The notes under the pieces were generated by a model that made no database searches, was not told the DNA's origin, and saw only the letters and a list, made by a program, of their open reading frames with translations. The position numbers were made by a program, and so were the translations under genes. From the NCBI GenBank assembly GCA_963666115.2, contig CAXXET010000006.1, positions 520,574 through 584,573 on the forward strand: DNA of 64,000 nt, in the 5' to 3' direction. Positions 36,840 through 45,358 of the stretch are shown one piece after another; the first letter of the stretch is position 1; every line of letters starts with the position of its first letter. Source of the stretch: Dehalococcoidia bacterium. Its GTDB lineage: Bacteria > Chloroflexota > Dehalococcoidia > UBA6926.

Positions 36840-37308
36840 GGGCGCTGTCCGCGTTCTCGGCCATCGCGCGAATGGCCCTGTTAAGAATTTCCACATCGGT
36901 ATCGTACGTCATCCTGCCAAGCGTGGCGGCGTCAAGCGGCATCCACTCCACACTTTCAAACTCCCCGTCGTGGTCGTCAAGGCTGCCGCCCAACGGCTCC
37001 ATGAGATAGTGATAAACCACCTTGTCGTGCAGAACGTCCTCCCGCGTGAATTGGTAGCGAACGCTGCCCAGGTCCGCCAGGATGGCCACCTCAAGGCCGG
37101 TTTCCTCCTGAACCTCGCGGCGCGCCGTTTCCTCTCGCGTTTCACCCGGCTCCGGCGTGCCTTTCGGCAATGCCCACAGCCCGGTGGTGTCGCGGCGGCA
37201 GATGACGACTTCCAGCCGCGCGTCCGGCGTGCATCGGACGATCACGCCGCCTGCGGACACATCGTGCTGCACGCCGCCGCTGCCAGGTTGTTCGTTGGTC
37301 TCCGTCAT
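36823..37308 (-). CDS. NUDIX hydrolase
   Basis: WALPKG..GETREETARREVQEETG. Confidence 0.92.
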   Translation of the reverse strand: MTETNEQPGSGGVQHDVSAGGVIVRCTPDARLEVVICRRDTTGLWALPKGTPEPGETREETARREVQEETGLEVAILADLGSVRYQFTREDVLHDKVVYHYLMEPLGGSLDDHDGEFESVEWMPLDAATLGRMTYDTDVEILNRAIRAMAENADSAHGDHS

Positions 37309-37316
37309 GTTCGCGC

Positions 37317-38387
37317 CTACCACTCTTCCTCGTAATCGTCATCGTAGTCGTCGTCGAGGTCTTCATTGATGCCGAGGTCATCATCGAAATTCTCAAAGAC
37401 GTCATCGTCTGAGCCGTCGATGAGCGGGGAAACGGCGTCCGCCGCGCTGCCGGCGGACTTGCGCAGGATCTCCGCGTTGGCCTCAAAGCTCTGCATGCTT
37501 TCGAGGGCGTCCAAGGCGAGTTCGCGAAAGCTCTCATCGGCGTGCTGTAGGAAACGGCGGAGGACGCGCTGGGCCGTGGGACCGCCGATGGCGCTGAGGG
37601 CCGTGACGACGGCGCCCTGGATTTCCGTGTTGTCCTCCATACCCATGCGCGCGAGGGCGGGGATGAGGCGCTCATCGCCGATGCGCCCGGCGGCGCCGGC
37701 GGCCTCGAACCGGACCTCCTCGGACTCGCTTTCCAACTCCTCGCGGATGTAGGTCAGCCAGAACGTGTCCGCGTTCTGCCCCATGGCGTAGAGGGCGGAC
37801 GCGCGGAGGGTTTCGCTGGCGCTGTCATAGGTCTCCAGGATAAGTTCCCGCACCTCTTCAGAGTTGAAGGCAGAGACGGCCTCGATCACGCGGCGGCGCA
37901 CCTGAAAGGACGGCTCCTGCTCGTTGCGAATCACATTGAGCAGTCCCTCACGGACGCGGTTCGCATCACGTTCAAGCAGGTCGCCAAGCTCTGCCATGAC
38001 GGCAAAACGGCCGAGCGATTGGGCGGCGACGGCCCGGACGCGCTCAGTTTCGTCAAGGAGCAGGCGCGTGAACAGCGGCTCGATCAGCGCGCGGTTCTCG
38101 CTCTCCCACAGCCCCATGATCGCGGCTTCCCTGACCTCCTCATCCTCATCCTCCATCAGGGTCATGAAGATGCGGTCAAAGCTGTAGTCGACGTTCTCCT
38201 CCGCGAGGTCCACCAACTGGCTGACGATGGAGCGGCGGTATTCGAAGTCAATGTCACGGAGCGTTTCGATGACGTGCCCCAACTCGTCGCGGTCGGGGTC
38301 GGATAGCTCGGCCAGCGCGGCAGCCGTCACGTTGCCGGGGTCCTGGCGTATTGTGCTAATGACGCTCTCGATGCCGTCCGACTGCAT
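37317..38387 (-). CDS. HEAT-repeat protein with acidic C-terminal tail
   Basis: Repeated EEVR.AA..L motifs. Confidence 0.85.
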   Translation of the reverse strand: MQSDGIESVISTIRQDPGNVTAAALAELSDPDRDELGHVIETLRDIDFEYRRSIVSQLVDLAEENVDYSFDRIFMTLMEDEDEEVREAAIMGLWESENRALIEPLFTRLLLDETERVRAVAAQSLGRFAVMAELGDLLERDANRVREGLLNVIRNEQEPSFQVRRRVIEAVSAFNSEEVRELILETYDSASETLRASALYAMGQNADTFWLTYIREELESESEEVRFEAAGAAGRIGDERLIPALARMGMEDNTEIQGAVVTALSAIGGPTAQRVLRRFLQHADESFRELALDALESMQSFEANAEILRKSAGSAADAVSPLIDGSDDDVFENFDDDLGINEDLDDDYDDDYEEEW

Positions 38388-38411
38388 CGCATCGTCCTCC
38401 GCTGCGTGTTC

Positions 38412-39758
38412 TCAGTCAGACTTGGGGGCGATGGAAACGCCGGCGCAGAGGATGGCAGGCGTGGACAGCGATCCGCCCAACTCTGTCGTTTCGGCCCCGA
38501 TGGACATGATGTCCTTGAGGATGTCATAGATATTGCAGTGGAGCATGGTGTCCTTGACGCGGCCAATGACCTCTCCGCCTTGCACGCGGTAGCCGAGCAG
38601 GATGTTGCCGCCCGCGTCGCCGCCCAGCACGTTGCCTTGCCCCATGCCAATGAGCCGCTCAACTATGACGCCATCATTCATCGTGCGGAGCATGTCATCA
38701 AACACGGCGTCGCCGGGCGCGATGCTGAGGTGGGTTGTGCCTGCGCCGGGCATCGCGCCGAGTCCGCGCGAGGCGCTGCTCGTCGGCTCGACGCCCGCCT
38801 TAGACGCCGACTGGAGTTCGTACAGGATTGTGCGGAGCACGCCATCCTCGACGAGGAATTGGCGGCGGCTGGGCACGCCCTCATCGTCGTAGGAGCGGGA
38901 TGGCGGCTTGAGGGGCAGGGTAGGGTCGTCGATGATGGACAGCCGCGCGTCAAAGACCTGCTCGCCGATGCGGCCTCCCAGCGGCGATGAGCCTTGCAGC
39001 ACCGTCTTGCCGTTGATGCCGGAGAGGAAGGGGCCGAGCAGGACGGATGAGACGGCGCGGGGCATGAAGAGGACGGGCATGCGACCGGCGGGCGTGGGGG
39101 CGATGTCCTTGCCCCATTCGATCTGCTGGCGCATGCCGTTGATGTGCCGCTGCATACCCCAATCCGGGCTGCATCCGCGGTCGCCCTCACCGATGAAGAA
39201 CATATCCGTGCCGCGAATGAGCGTGCCGGAGACGTACAAGCCAAAGCCGCTCTTGCTGTGGCCGAAACCGACGCCGTTGGAGTTGAGGAACGCGAAGCTG
39301 CTTGTGCTGCGCGTCAGGCTCGCGCCGTACAGCGCCTCCGGCTCCAGCGGCTTGGCCTCGTCCAACAGCCGCCGCCCCGCGTCCACCATCGCCTCCGTCG
39401 TGACCTCCTCGATGGCGGGGTCGTAGGTTTCGATGGCGGGCGTGTCCGGCGACGGGCTGGGCAGGGCAAGTTCGGATTCGGGGCCGTAGCGGGCGAGTTC
39501 AATGGCGCGGTCGACAAGCTCCTCCGCCTTGTCGGGATCGTTTGTTGATGAGACACCCATGCGCCCATCGACGAAGACGCGAATGCCGAGTCCCCACGAC
39601 TGGCGTGTTGAGATTTCCTTGAGTTTTTCCGCTTCGAAGCTGACGGGCGTGGATTCGCCCTCACCGACCATGACCTCGGCGGCGGTGGTCTTGCCGCGCG
39701 CGTAGGCGAGCGTTCGCTCAAGCAGCGCGAGGTCAGCGTCTCGTGGCGCTCCGGTCAT
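38412..39758 (-). CDS. pmbA: PmbA/TldE family protein
   Basis: YDDEGVP..LVEDGVL, no HExxxH; follows tldD. Confidence 0.88.
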   Translation of the reverse strand: MTGAPRDADLALLERTLAYARGKTTAAEVMVGEGESTPVSFEAEKLKEISTRQSWGLGIRVFVDGRMGVSSTNDPDKAEELVDRAIELARYGPESELALPSPSPDTPAIETYDPAIEEVTTEAMVDAGRRLLDEAKPLEPEALYGASLTRSTSSFAFLNSNGVGFGHSKSGFGLYVSGTLIRGTDMFFIGEGDRGCSPDWGMQRHINGMRQQIEWGKDIAPTPAGRMPVLFMPRAVSSVLLGPFLSGINGKTVLQGSSPLGGRIGEQVFDARLSIIDDPTLPLKPPSRSYDDEGVPSRRQFLVEDGVLRTILYELQSASKAGVEPTSSASRGLGAMPGAGTTHLSIAPGDAVFDDMLRTMNDGVIVERLIGMGQGNVLGGDAGGNILLGYRVQGGEVIGRVKDTMLHCNIYDILKDIMSIGAETTELGGSLSTPAILCAGVSIAPKSD

Positions 39759-39761
39759 CGT

Positions 39762-41129
39762 CTACGCGCCCCCGACGAGGCAGTTCTGGATGCGGATGTG
39801 GGGGCTGCCGTTGGAGACGGGCAGGGGGGACTGCCCGGCCTTGCCGCATCCGCCGCCCTGGTTCATATCGAGATCGTTGGCGACGGCGTCCAGGTTCTCC
39901 AGCGTGGTGAAGACGTTGCCGGAGAGCACGACGGGGCGCAGCAGCTCCTCGATGCGCCCGTTGCGGATGCGGTACGCCTCGCCTGCGGAGAAGGTGAACA
40001 TCTCCATGGACGTCATGCCGCCGTACCAGTTCTTGCAGTAGACACCGTCCTTGACTTCTGAAATCAGTTCCTCAGCGGTGGCCGCGCCCGGCTCGATGAA
40101 CGTGTTGGTCATGCGGACGATGGGCGCGAATCGATAGTCCATGGCGCGGGCGTTGCCCGTCACGCCCTCGCCCATCTTGCCCGCTGTCTCCCGCGAGTGC
40201 AGCCGCCCCACCAGCACGCCCTCGCGGATCAGGTCCGACCGCTGTCCGGGTATGCCCTCGTCGTCGTAGTCATACGAGCCGCGGAGGCCGGGGACGGAGG
40301 CGCCGTCCACGATGTTCAGGTGCTGGCCGCCGAATCGCCGCCCCAGCACCATGATTTCCTTCATTTGGTCGTTCTCATAGACGAAGTCCGACTCCGAGAG
40401 GTGGCCGAACGCCTCATGCGCGAACACGCCGCCCAGGATGGGGTCGCAGATGACCGTGTACTCGCGCCCCTCAACCTGTGGCGCGTCAAGCAGCGCGACA
40501 GCCTTTTCCGCGATCTCGCGCATCTCATCGTGCCGGCCCTCGAGAACGGCGTAGTCGCCCAGGCTGCCGACGCTGACGCCGTACTGCTGGACGTCCGCGT
40601 CCCTGCGGGCCACGGCGCGGGCGTTAAAGGTGACGTCCACGCGCTCCTGGCGGATGTATGAGCCCTCCGAGTTGGCGAAGTGGGTTACGCGGCGGCGGTT
40701 GCCGGAGGCGATGAACGTGCTCTGGATGTCCGGCACGGCCCACATGGCCTCGACGTATTCCTGCAAGAGGCCGACCTTGCGGTCAAGCGGCACGAGGAAC
40801 GGGTCATTGTCCAGGACGGGGGCGGGTTCGGCGATGACCGGCTCGCTGCGGACAAGCTCGCCGCCCTCGCCGGATGCAAGGCGCGCTTGCCGCACCGCCG
40901 TCGCGACGCGCTCGCGGAGGTCGTCCGACCGGGTGAACGTGACGAAACCCCAGCCGCCGTTGACGTATGCGCGCGCCGCCCCGCCCCTGCTGGTCGAGCC
41001 GCCGATGTCGTCGATCTCATGGCCGCGCATGGAGATGTGGTTCGTGTCCAGCTCCTCCAGCCGCAGCTCGATGTAATCCGCGACGTGGCCGCTGAGGGCC
41101 TGCGCCATTTCGTCACGCATGGGCGTCAT
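39762..41129 (-). CDS. tldD: TldD metalloprotease
   Basis: HEAFGH, RMTNT, GCGK.GQ..PVS.GSP. Confidence 0.9.
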   Translation of the reverse strand: MTPMRDEMAQALSGHVADYIELRLEELDTNHISMRGHEIDDIGGSTSRGGAARAYVNGGWGFVTFTRSDDLRERVATAVRQARLASGEGGELVRSEPVIAEPAPVLDNDPFLVPLDRKVGLLQEYVEAMWAVPDIQSTFIASGNRRRVTHFANSEGSYIRQERVDVTFNARAVARRDADVQQYGVSVGSLGDYAVLEGRHDEMREIAEKAVALLDAPQVEGREYTVICDPILGGVFAHEAFGHLSESDFVYENDQMKEIMVLGRRFGGQHLNIVDGASVPGLRGSYDYDDEGIPGQRSDLIREGVLVGRLHSRETAGKMGEGVTGNARAMDYRFAPIVRMTNTFIEPGAATAEELISEVKDGVYCKNWYGGMTSMEMFTFSAGEAYRIRNGRIEELLRPVVLSGNVFTTLENLDAVANDLDMNQGGGCGKAGQSPLPVSNGSPHIRIQNCLVGGA

Positions 41130-41176
41130 CCATGCCTAGAATGAACGGGAAGGTCATGGAGAAAGTCTAGCATGCG

Positions 41177-41896
41177 ATGACGACGAGACGCCGCCGCCCG
41201 ACCGTCCGCGCCAGGAGGACGCAGGATGTCTACGCGCTGCTGCATGAGCAGAACGGCGAGCGGCCATGGTCCAGGCGCGCGGCGCCGATGGACGAGCTGA
41301 TCTACACGGTACTCTCACAGCACACGTCCGACCTGAATACCGACCGCACATTCGCGGACCTGCGCGCCGCGTTTCCGACGTGGCGGGAAATCGTCGATGC
41401 GCCGACGGAGGCCGTGCAGGAGGCGATCAGGCGAGGCGGGCTGTCACGGATCAAGGCGCCGCGCATCCAGGCCATCCTGCGCGAGATCGAGCGGCAGCGC
41501 GGGGAGTTCAGCATCGACTTTTTGGCGGAGATGCCGTTCGATGAGGCGCGCGCGTGGCTGCTGAGCCTGCCGGGGGTGGGGGAGAAGACGGCGGCGTGCG
41601 TGCTGCTGTTCAGCCTGGGCTTGCCCGCGCTGCCCGTCGATACGCACGTCCACCGCGTCTCAGGCCGCCTCGGACTGATCCCCAAGAAAATGAACGCGGA
41701 CAAGGCGCACTACGCCCTGGAGTCCATGCTGGACGATTCGCAGGTGTACCAGTTCCACGTCGATCTAATAGAGCACGGGCGTAAAGTCTGCCACGCCAGG
41801 CTCCCTACCTGCGGGGGTTGCGCCCTTTCGGCGCTGTGCCCAAGCAGCCTGGACCGGCGCGGGAGGGTCTTCCAGGGCGGAGATGCGCCGGATTAG
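41177..41896 (+). CDS. nth: Endonuclease III (HhH-GPD, Fe-S cluster)
   Basis: LSQHTSD, LPGVGEKTA, PVDTHVHR, C-x6-C-x2-C-x5-C. Confidence 0.9.
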   Translation: MTTRRRRPTVRARRTQDVYALLHEQNGERPWSRRAAPMDELIYTVLSQHTSDLNTDRTFADLRAAFPTWREIVDAPTEAVQEAIRRGGLSRIKAPRIQAILREIERQRGEFSIDFLAEMPFDEARAWLLSLPGVGEKTAACVLLFSLGLPALPVDTHVHRVSGRLGLIPKKMNADKAHYALESMLDDSQVYQFHVDLIEHGRKVCHARLPTCGGCALSALCPSSLDRRGRVFQGGDAPD

Positions 41897-42136
41897 GGCG
41901 TCCAGCCGGCGACCGAAGAAGTGGATTTCGGCCTTGGTCCTGCGGCGGCGGGTGTGTTTCGCGATGGTGCGGGCAATCTCCAGGCCGGTGGGGAGCCTTC
42001 TGCCGTGGTTTACGCCGCGGGTGGCGACGACGTCTTTCATGACGTCGATGGCGACCAGGCACTTAGCACCGCGATTGGTGCGGGCGATTACGGAGCGCTG
42101 GTAGTGGAGTCTGCGGGCCTGGCTGCCACGGCTCAT
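41765..42136 (-). CDS. Hypothetical Arg/Lys-rich small protein (123 aa), overlaps the nth 3' end
   Basis: AAAGGAG-7nt-ATG at 42136; strongly C/G-ending codons; MSRGSQARRLHYQRSVIARTNRG.. Confidence 0.55.
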   Translation of the reverse strand: MSRGSQARRLHYQRSVIARTNRGAKCLVAIDVMKDVVATRGVNHGRRLPTGLEIARTIAKHTRRRRTKAEIHFFGRRLDALIRRISALEDPPAPVQAAWAQRRKGATPAGREPGVADFTPVLY

Positions 42137-42202
42137 TTGGGTTCTCCTTTCGTGGTGTCCCTTGTGGTCTCCTTTCGGTTCGTTCCGGTTTGGCGGGTCT
42201 TG

Positions 42203-42485
42203 GGGGTGCATCGGCGCCGGACTCCAGTCATTTAGTTGAACCGTCATCGGTTCGGCGCAGTGGGAGCTTCGTTCCATCGCGCCGGCCACCGTTTTAGGCC
42301 GCGCTCCGGTCTCCAGATATTCGCGCCAGAAGCTACCCTGACGCCGGACGACTCTCGCTGCGCCGCGATTGCCGCCCCCCTATACGCCCCGTCAGCCCAC
42401 CGTCACTGGCCGCCCGTGGCCACGAGCAAACCCGTCGTGGTTTCCTGGCCGGGAAACCAGAATCCATTTGGCGCCGATGCACCCC
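42203..42485 (-). ncRNA. Putative large structured RNA closed by a 16-bp terminal stem
   Basis: GGGGTGCATCGGCGCC (42203-42218) is the exact reverse complement of 42470-42485; several internal hairpins. Confidence 0.55.
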
Positions 42486-42747
42486 TGCAGGGAACGCCCT
42501 CCTTTTTCGCGCCCCCAGGGATTGTTGTGACGGCTCGGGTGTCGACTTTACCCTCGCCGCCGTCTGGATGGCCTCGTTCGATGGGGTGAGGTTAGTACAG
42601 GGGTTTTGTTTGGGGCAAGGGGTGGTGTCACATGGGGGGGGCACGTTTGCCCTGAGTCTCTTCGGCCTGGGCCTGTTGAAGGGCATGATCGGAGGGTATA
42701 CTTGGGCGCGGGCGGCGAAGAGTCGCTGTGAAGGGAGACAATAAGGT

Positions 42748-43101
42748 ATGGGCGCGTTTCGCGTTGGAATTACGGTATCGAATCGAGAGGGAACCCGCTC
42801 TCGCGACGTGCAGGCTCTCGTTGACACAGGCGCGTTCTACAGCCTCATGCCGTCGAGCACCCTGGCCGAACTCGGCATCGAGCCGACACGGACGAGAACG
42901 TTCAACGTCGCCGACGGGCGCAGCATTGACATGCCTGTCGGCGAGGCCATGGTTGAGTATGGGGGCGATCAGGTGTCGACCTATGTCGTCTTCGGCCCGG
43001 AGAACGCCAGGCCGCTCCTGGGCGCGTACACGCTGGAGGCGCTTGCCCTGCAGGTAAATCCCCTCAAGGGGGAACTCATCCAGGCCGAGTTGACTTTGTA
43101 A
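42748..43101 (+). CDS. Clan AA (retropepsin-like) aspartyl protease
   Basis: ALVDTGA..LLGAYTLEAL. Confidence 0.85.
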   Translation: MGAFRVGITVSNREGTRSRDVQALVDTGAFYSLMPSSTLAELGIEPTRTRTFNVADGRSIDMPVGEAMVEYGGDQVSTYVVFGPENARPLLGAYTLEALALQVNPLKGELIQAELTL

Positions 43102-43356
43102 GGCAGGGCAACTGCCCTGCGAGAGTTGGGGATTGTGCCGACGCGCACGACGGAGTTCGAGTTGGTGAGCGGGGAGACGACACGGTATGAGCGCGGGGAG
43201 GCCGTCGTTCGGATAAACGGCTTTGCCCAGGTGACGCCGGTCGTCTTTGCCGAGGATGAGGCCGAGCCGCTCATCGGTGTCGTGACGCTGGAGCAGTTGG
43301 AGCTTGCGGTGGATTCTGTGGCGGGGGAGTTGATAGCGGCGCGGCCGCGGTTGTGA
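43102..43356 (+). pseudogene. N-terminally truncated aspartyl protease paralog (no DTG)
   Basis: LRELGIVPTR..PLIGVVTLEQL aligns with the upstream gene; in frame after its TAA. Confidence 0.65.
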
Positions 43357-43365
43357 CGGAAACGA

Positions 43366-45240
43366 TTACTCTTGCTTGGGCGGCCACTTCTTGGCGAAGC
43401 GCAGGATCAGTTCGAAGATGCTGGGGGTAGACTCAGTGCCAAGCACGACGTCTTGAACTTGATGCGGTAGCGCCGTGATAGGGGCGTAGTGAGCACCAGG
43501 GCGCCGTTGCCTGTTAACAGTCCCCAAAGATTGCGCCAGTTCAACCGCTACTTCCCAATTGAAGCGGCCATCCGGTGCGTTTGAACGGGCAATACTTCTG
43601 TTTATATATTCAATCCATTTCCCGATGCGATTTCTCTCATTAGGATTAAATCTCTTCGGGGCCTTCAAATGTTGCGCGATGAATGCTTCAACCGCATTAG
43701 AGTAGAATAATACTATCTGTGCTGGCCGCGTGTCTCGCCGGGGAAAAGCGACCCCTGCTAGGAGCAAGTATTCTAGGGTATCTTCACTGAGGTATACCAC
43801 AACGTCACCAAGCCGTTCGCTTAGGAAATTCCTGGCGTTTTCTTCTCTGCGAACATTAGCGATCTCCGCCAGTTCCAACAAAGTAGCACCAATCTGAGCT
43901 GGACTGCCTATCAGAAGGGCATTACTCCCCGCTTCTTGAGGTATTGGCAATTCGTGCGAATCATCAGGCACCAATTCAGTCACCGCCGTCGCCTCATTTT
44001 GTCGGCTTCTCCTGAGTGCTCTGGTTCCATCCAAATAACCCAGTTGGGACAGCCAATAAAGTGGAAGATCGGTTATACGATTGCTAAAAGCGGCTGGCCC
44101 GACGCCAAACAAATCATTGGTTTTCTGGGAACCTAGGGTTGCCAGAACCCCCAGCCGCAAATATTCTCCGTCGCCACTATCGGCATCCAAATGTGGGGCG
44201 ATGAATGACAGTGCTGTTACTCCATTCGGCCATCCCGAAAACAAGTCTACCCATTCACTTTCCAGGGTATTTTTGTCCAGAGTTTCCCACAGTGCCGCAA
44301 TACGACCAAACTCCCATGCCCAATGTTCCTTCGAACCTATAGGTAGATGGAGGTGGGTGCTTGTATTCTCGGATGTGGCTTCTTCTTCGAGGGCATCATC
44401 TTCGAGAAAGTCGGATTCTTCAATAAGCCACGCGCACATGTCAAGCATATTGGTCCAGTCATCCCAATTCAATTCTGCAGGGGCTGCGATGGCTCCCCTG
44501 ATGAGCGCGGTCACGAAATGGCGATGCCAGTTGCTCAAAGGGTTCCAAGCATCAAACATTACCCAGTGGTTACAGAACGCTGCTAAGGTACGCTGGTACG
44601 TGCTTTGGGTGTCACTCTTATAAGAACCGCCCTGTTGAGTAACCTGCCAATCTGGTCCAATGCCGCTCGTACCCGGCTGAAACAGATTAGTTACGAAAAA
44701 ACCTTCGGGCATCGATTCCCCGACTATAGCACGCGAAACATAGTCGACAGAAACATTGTAGCCTTCCATGTGCAATTGTACCCACTCAACTGCATGAAGC
44801 GGTGAGTTGGAGTCGAGAAATCTCTTGTAGTGCGGGCCATTGTCCGGATCATTCAGAATTCCAGGGTTTTCTTGAGTTTTTCGATATAGGATCTTCCTAA
44901 TATCCTTTAGCCATTTCGGTTCATAGTCGGAAAGCAGATCGGGGCAACGATTCAGCGCATCCGCTATCAGCGAGTGCAGAGCCTCCATCTTTTCCGTCCA
45001 GTCAGGCTCGTCGGGATAGGGGAGATGAACGCGGTCAAACATGAATTTGGCATGAGCGATTGCAATCATATGTATCGCTGTTTCTGGGCCAGCATCACCA
45101 TCCTTGATTGTCTCAATCGTCTCCTTAATGTATTCGGAAGATTGGTTGATGTATTCGATCCCCGTGCTCTTTAGAACGTGCCTTACATAGTCATCGAAGA
45201 CATCCTGGTTGGTTTCCGGCGTGCGGTCATCGGTGGTCAT
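43366..45240 (-). CDS. Large hypothetical protein with possible C-terminal HEPN (Rx4H) domain
   Basis: 624-aa ORF, visibly more AT-rich than its flanks; NRQRRPGAH near the C-terminus. Confidence 0.6.
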   Translation of the reverse strand: MTTDDRTPETNQDVFDDYVRHVLKSTGIEYINQSSEYIKETIETIKDGDAGPETAIHMIAIAHAKFMFDRVHLPYPDEPDWTEKMEALHSLIADALNRCPDLLSDYEPKWLKDIRKILYRKTQENPGILNDPDNGPHYKRFLDSNSPLHAVEWVQLHMEGYNVSVDYVSRAIVGESMPEGFFVTNLFQPGTSGIGPDWQVTQQGGSYKSDTQSTYQRTLAAFCNHWVMFDAWNPLSNWHRHFVTALIRGAIAAPAELNWDDWTNMLDMCAWLIEESDFLEDDALEEEATSENTSTHLHLPIGSKEHWAWEFGRIAALWETLDKNTLESEWVDLFSGWPNGVTALSFIAPHLDADSGDGEYLRLGVLATLGSQKTNDLFGVGPAAFSNRITDLPLYWLSQLGYLDGTRALRRSRQNEATAVTELVPDDSHELPIPQEAGSNALLIGSPAQIGATLLELAEIANVRREENARNFLSERLGDVVVYLSEDTLEYLLLAGVAFPRRDTRPAQIVLFYSNAVEAFIAQHLKAPKRFNPNERNRIGKWIEYINRSIARSNAPDGRFNWEVAVELAQSLGTVNRQRRPGAHYAPITALPHQVQDVVLGTESTPSIFELILRFAKKWPPKQE

Positions 45241-45302
45241 GGCTCAACTCCCTGCGTTTTGTTCATTGTGGCACATTTGGCGGGATTACGGAATGGGCGG
45301 AT

Positions 45303-45328
45303 AGATTCTTCGCTGCGCTCAGAATGAC
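45303..45328 (-). repeat. Repeat family B copy
   Basis: AGATTCTTCGCTGCGCTCAGAATGAC. Confidence 0.9.
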
Positions 45329-45358
45329 GGCGGTGGGCTGCTTTGACAGGGGCGCACC

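Noticed and set aside
41921-42235. Plus-strand 104-aa ORF after nth
   Set aside because: No SD; codon pattern and SD favour the minus-strand ORF starting at 42136
42203-42485. Retron msr/msd (a1/a2 repeats), Tn3-type MITE, tmRNA or RNase P RNA
   Set aside because: No reverse transcriptase in the window; flanks TCTTG and TGCAG are not a target duplication; no tmRNA tRNA-like ends or RNase P GAGGAAAGUCC motif
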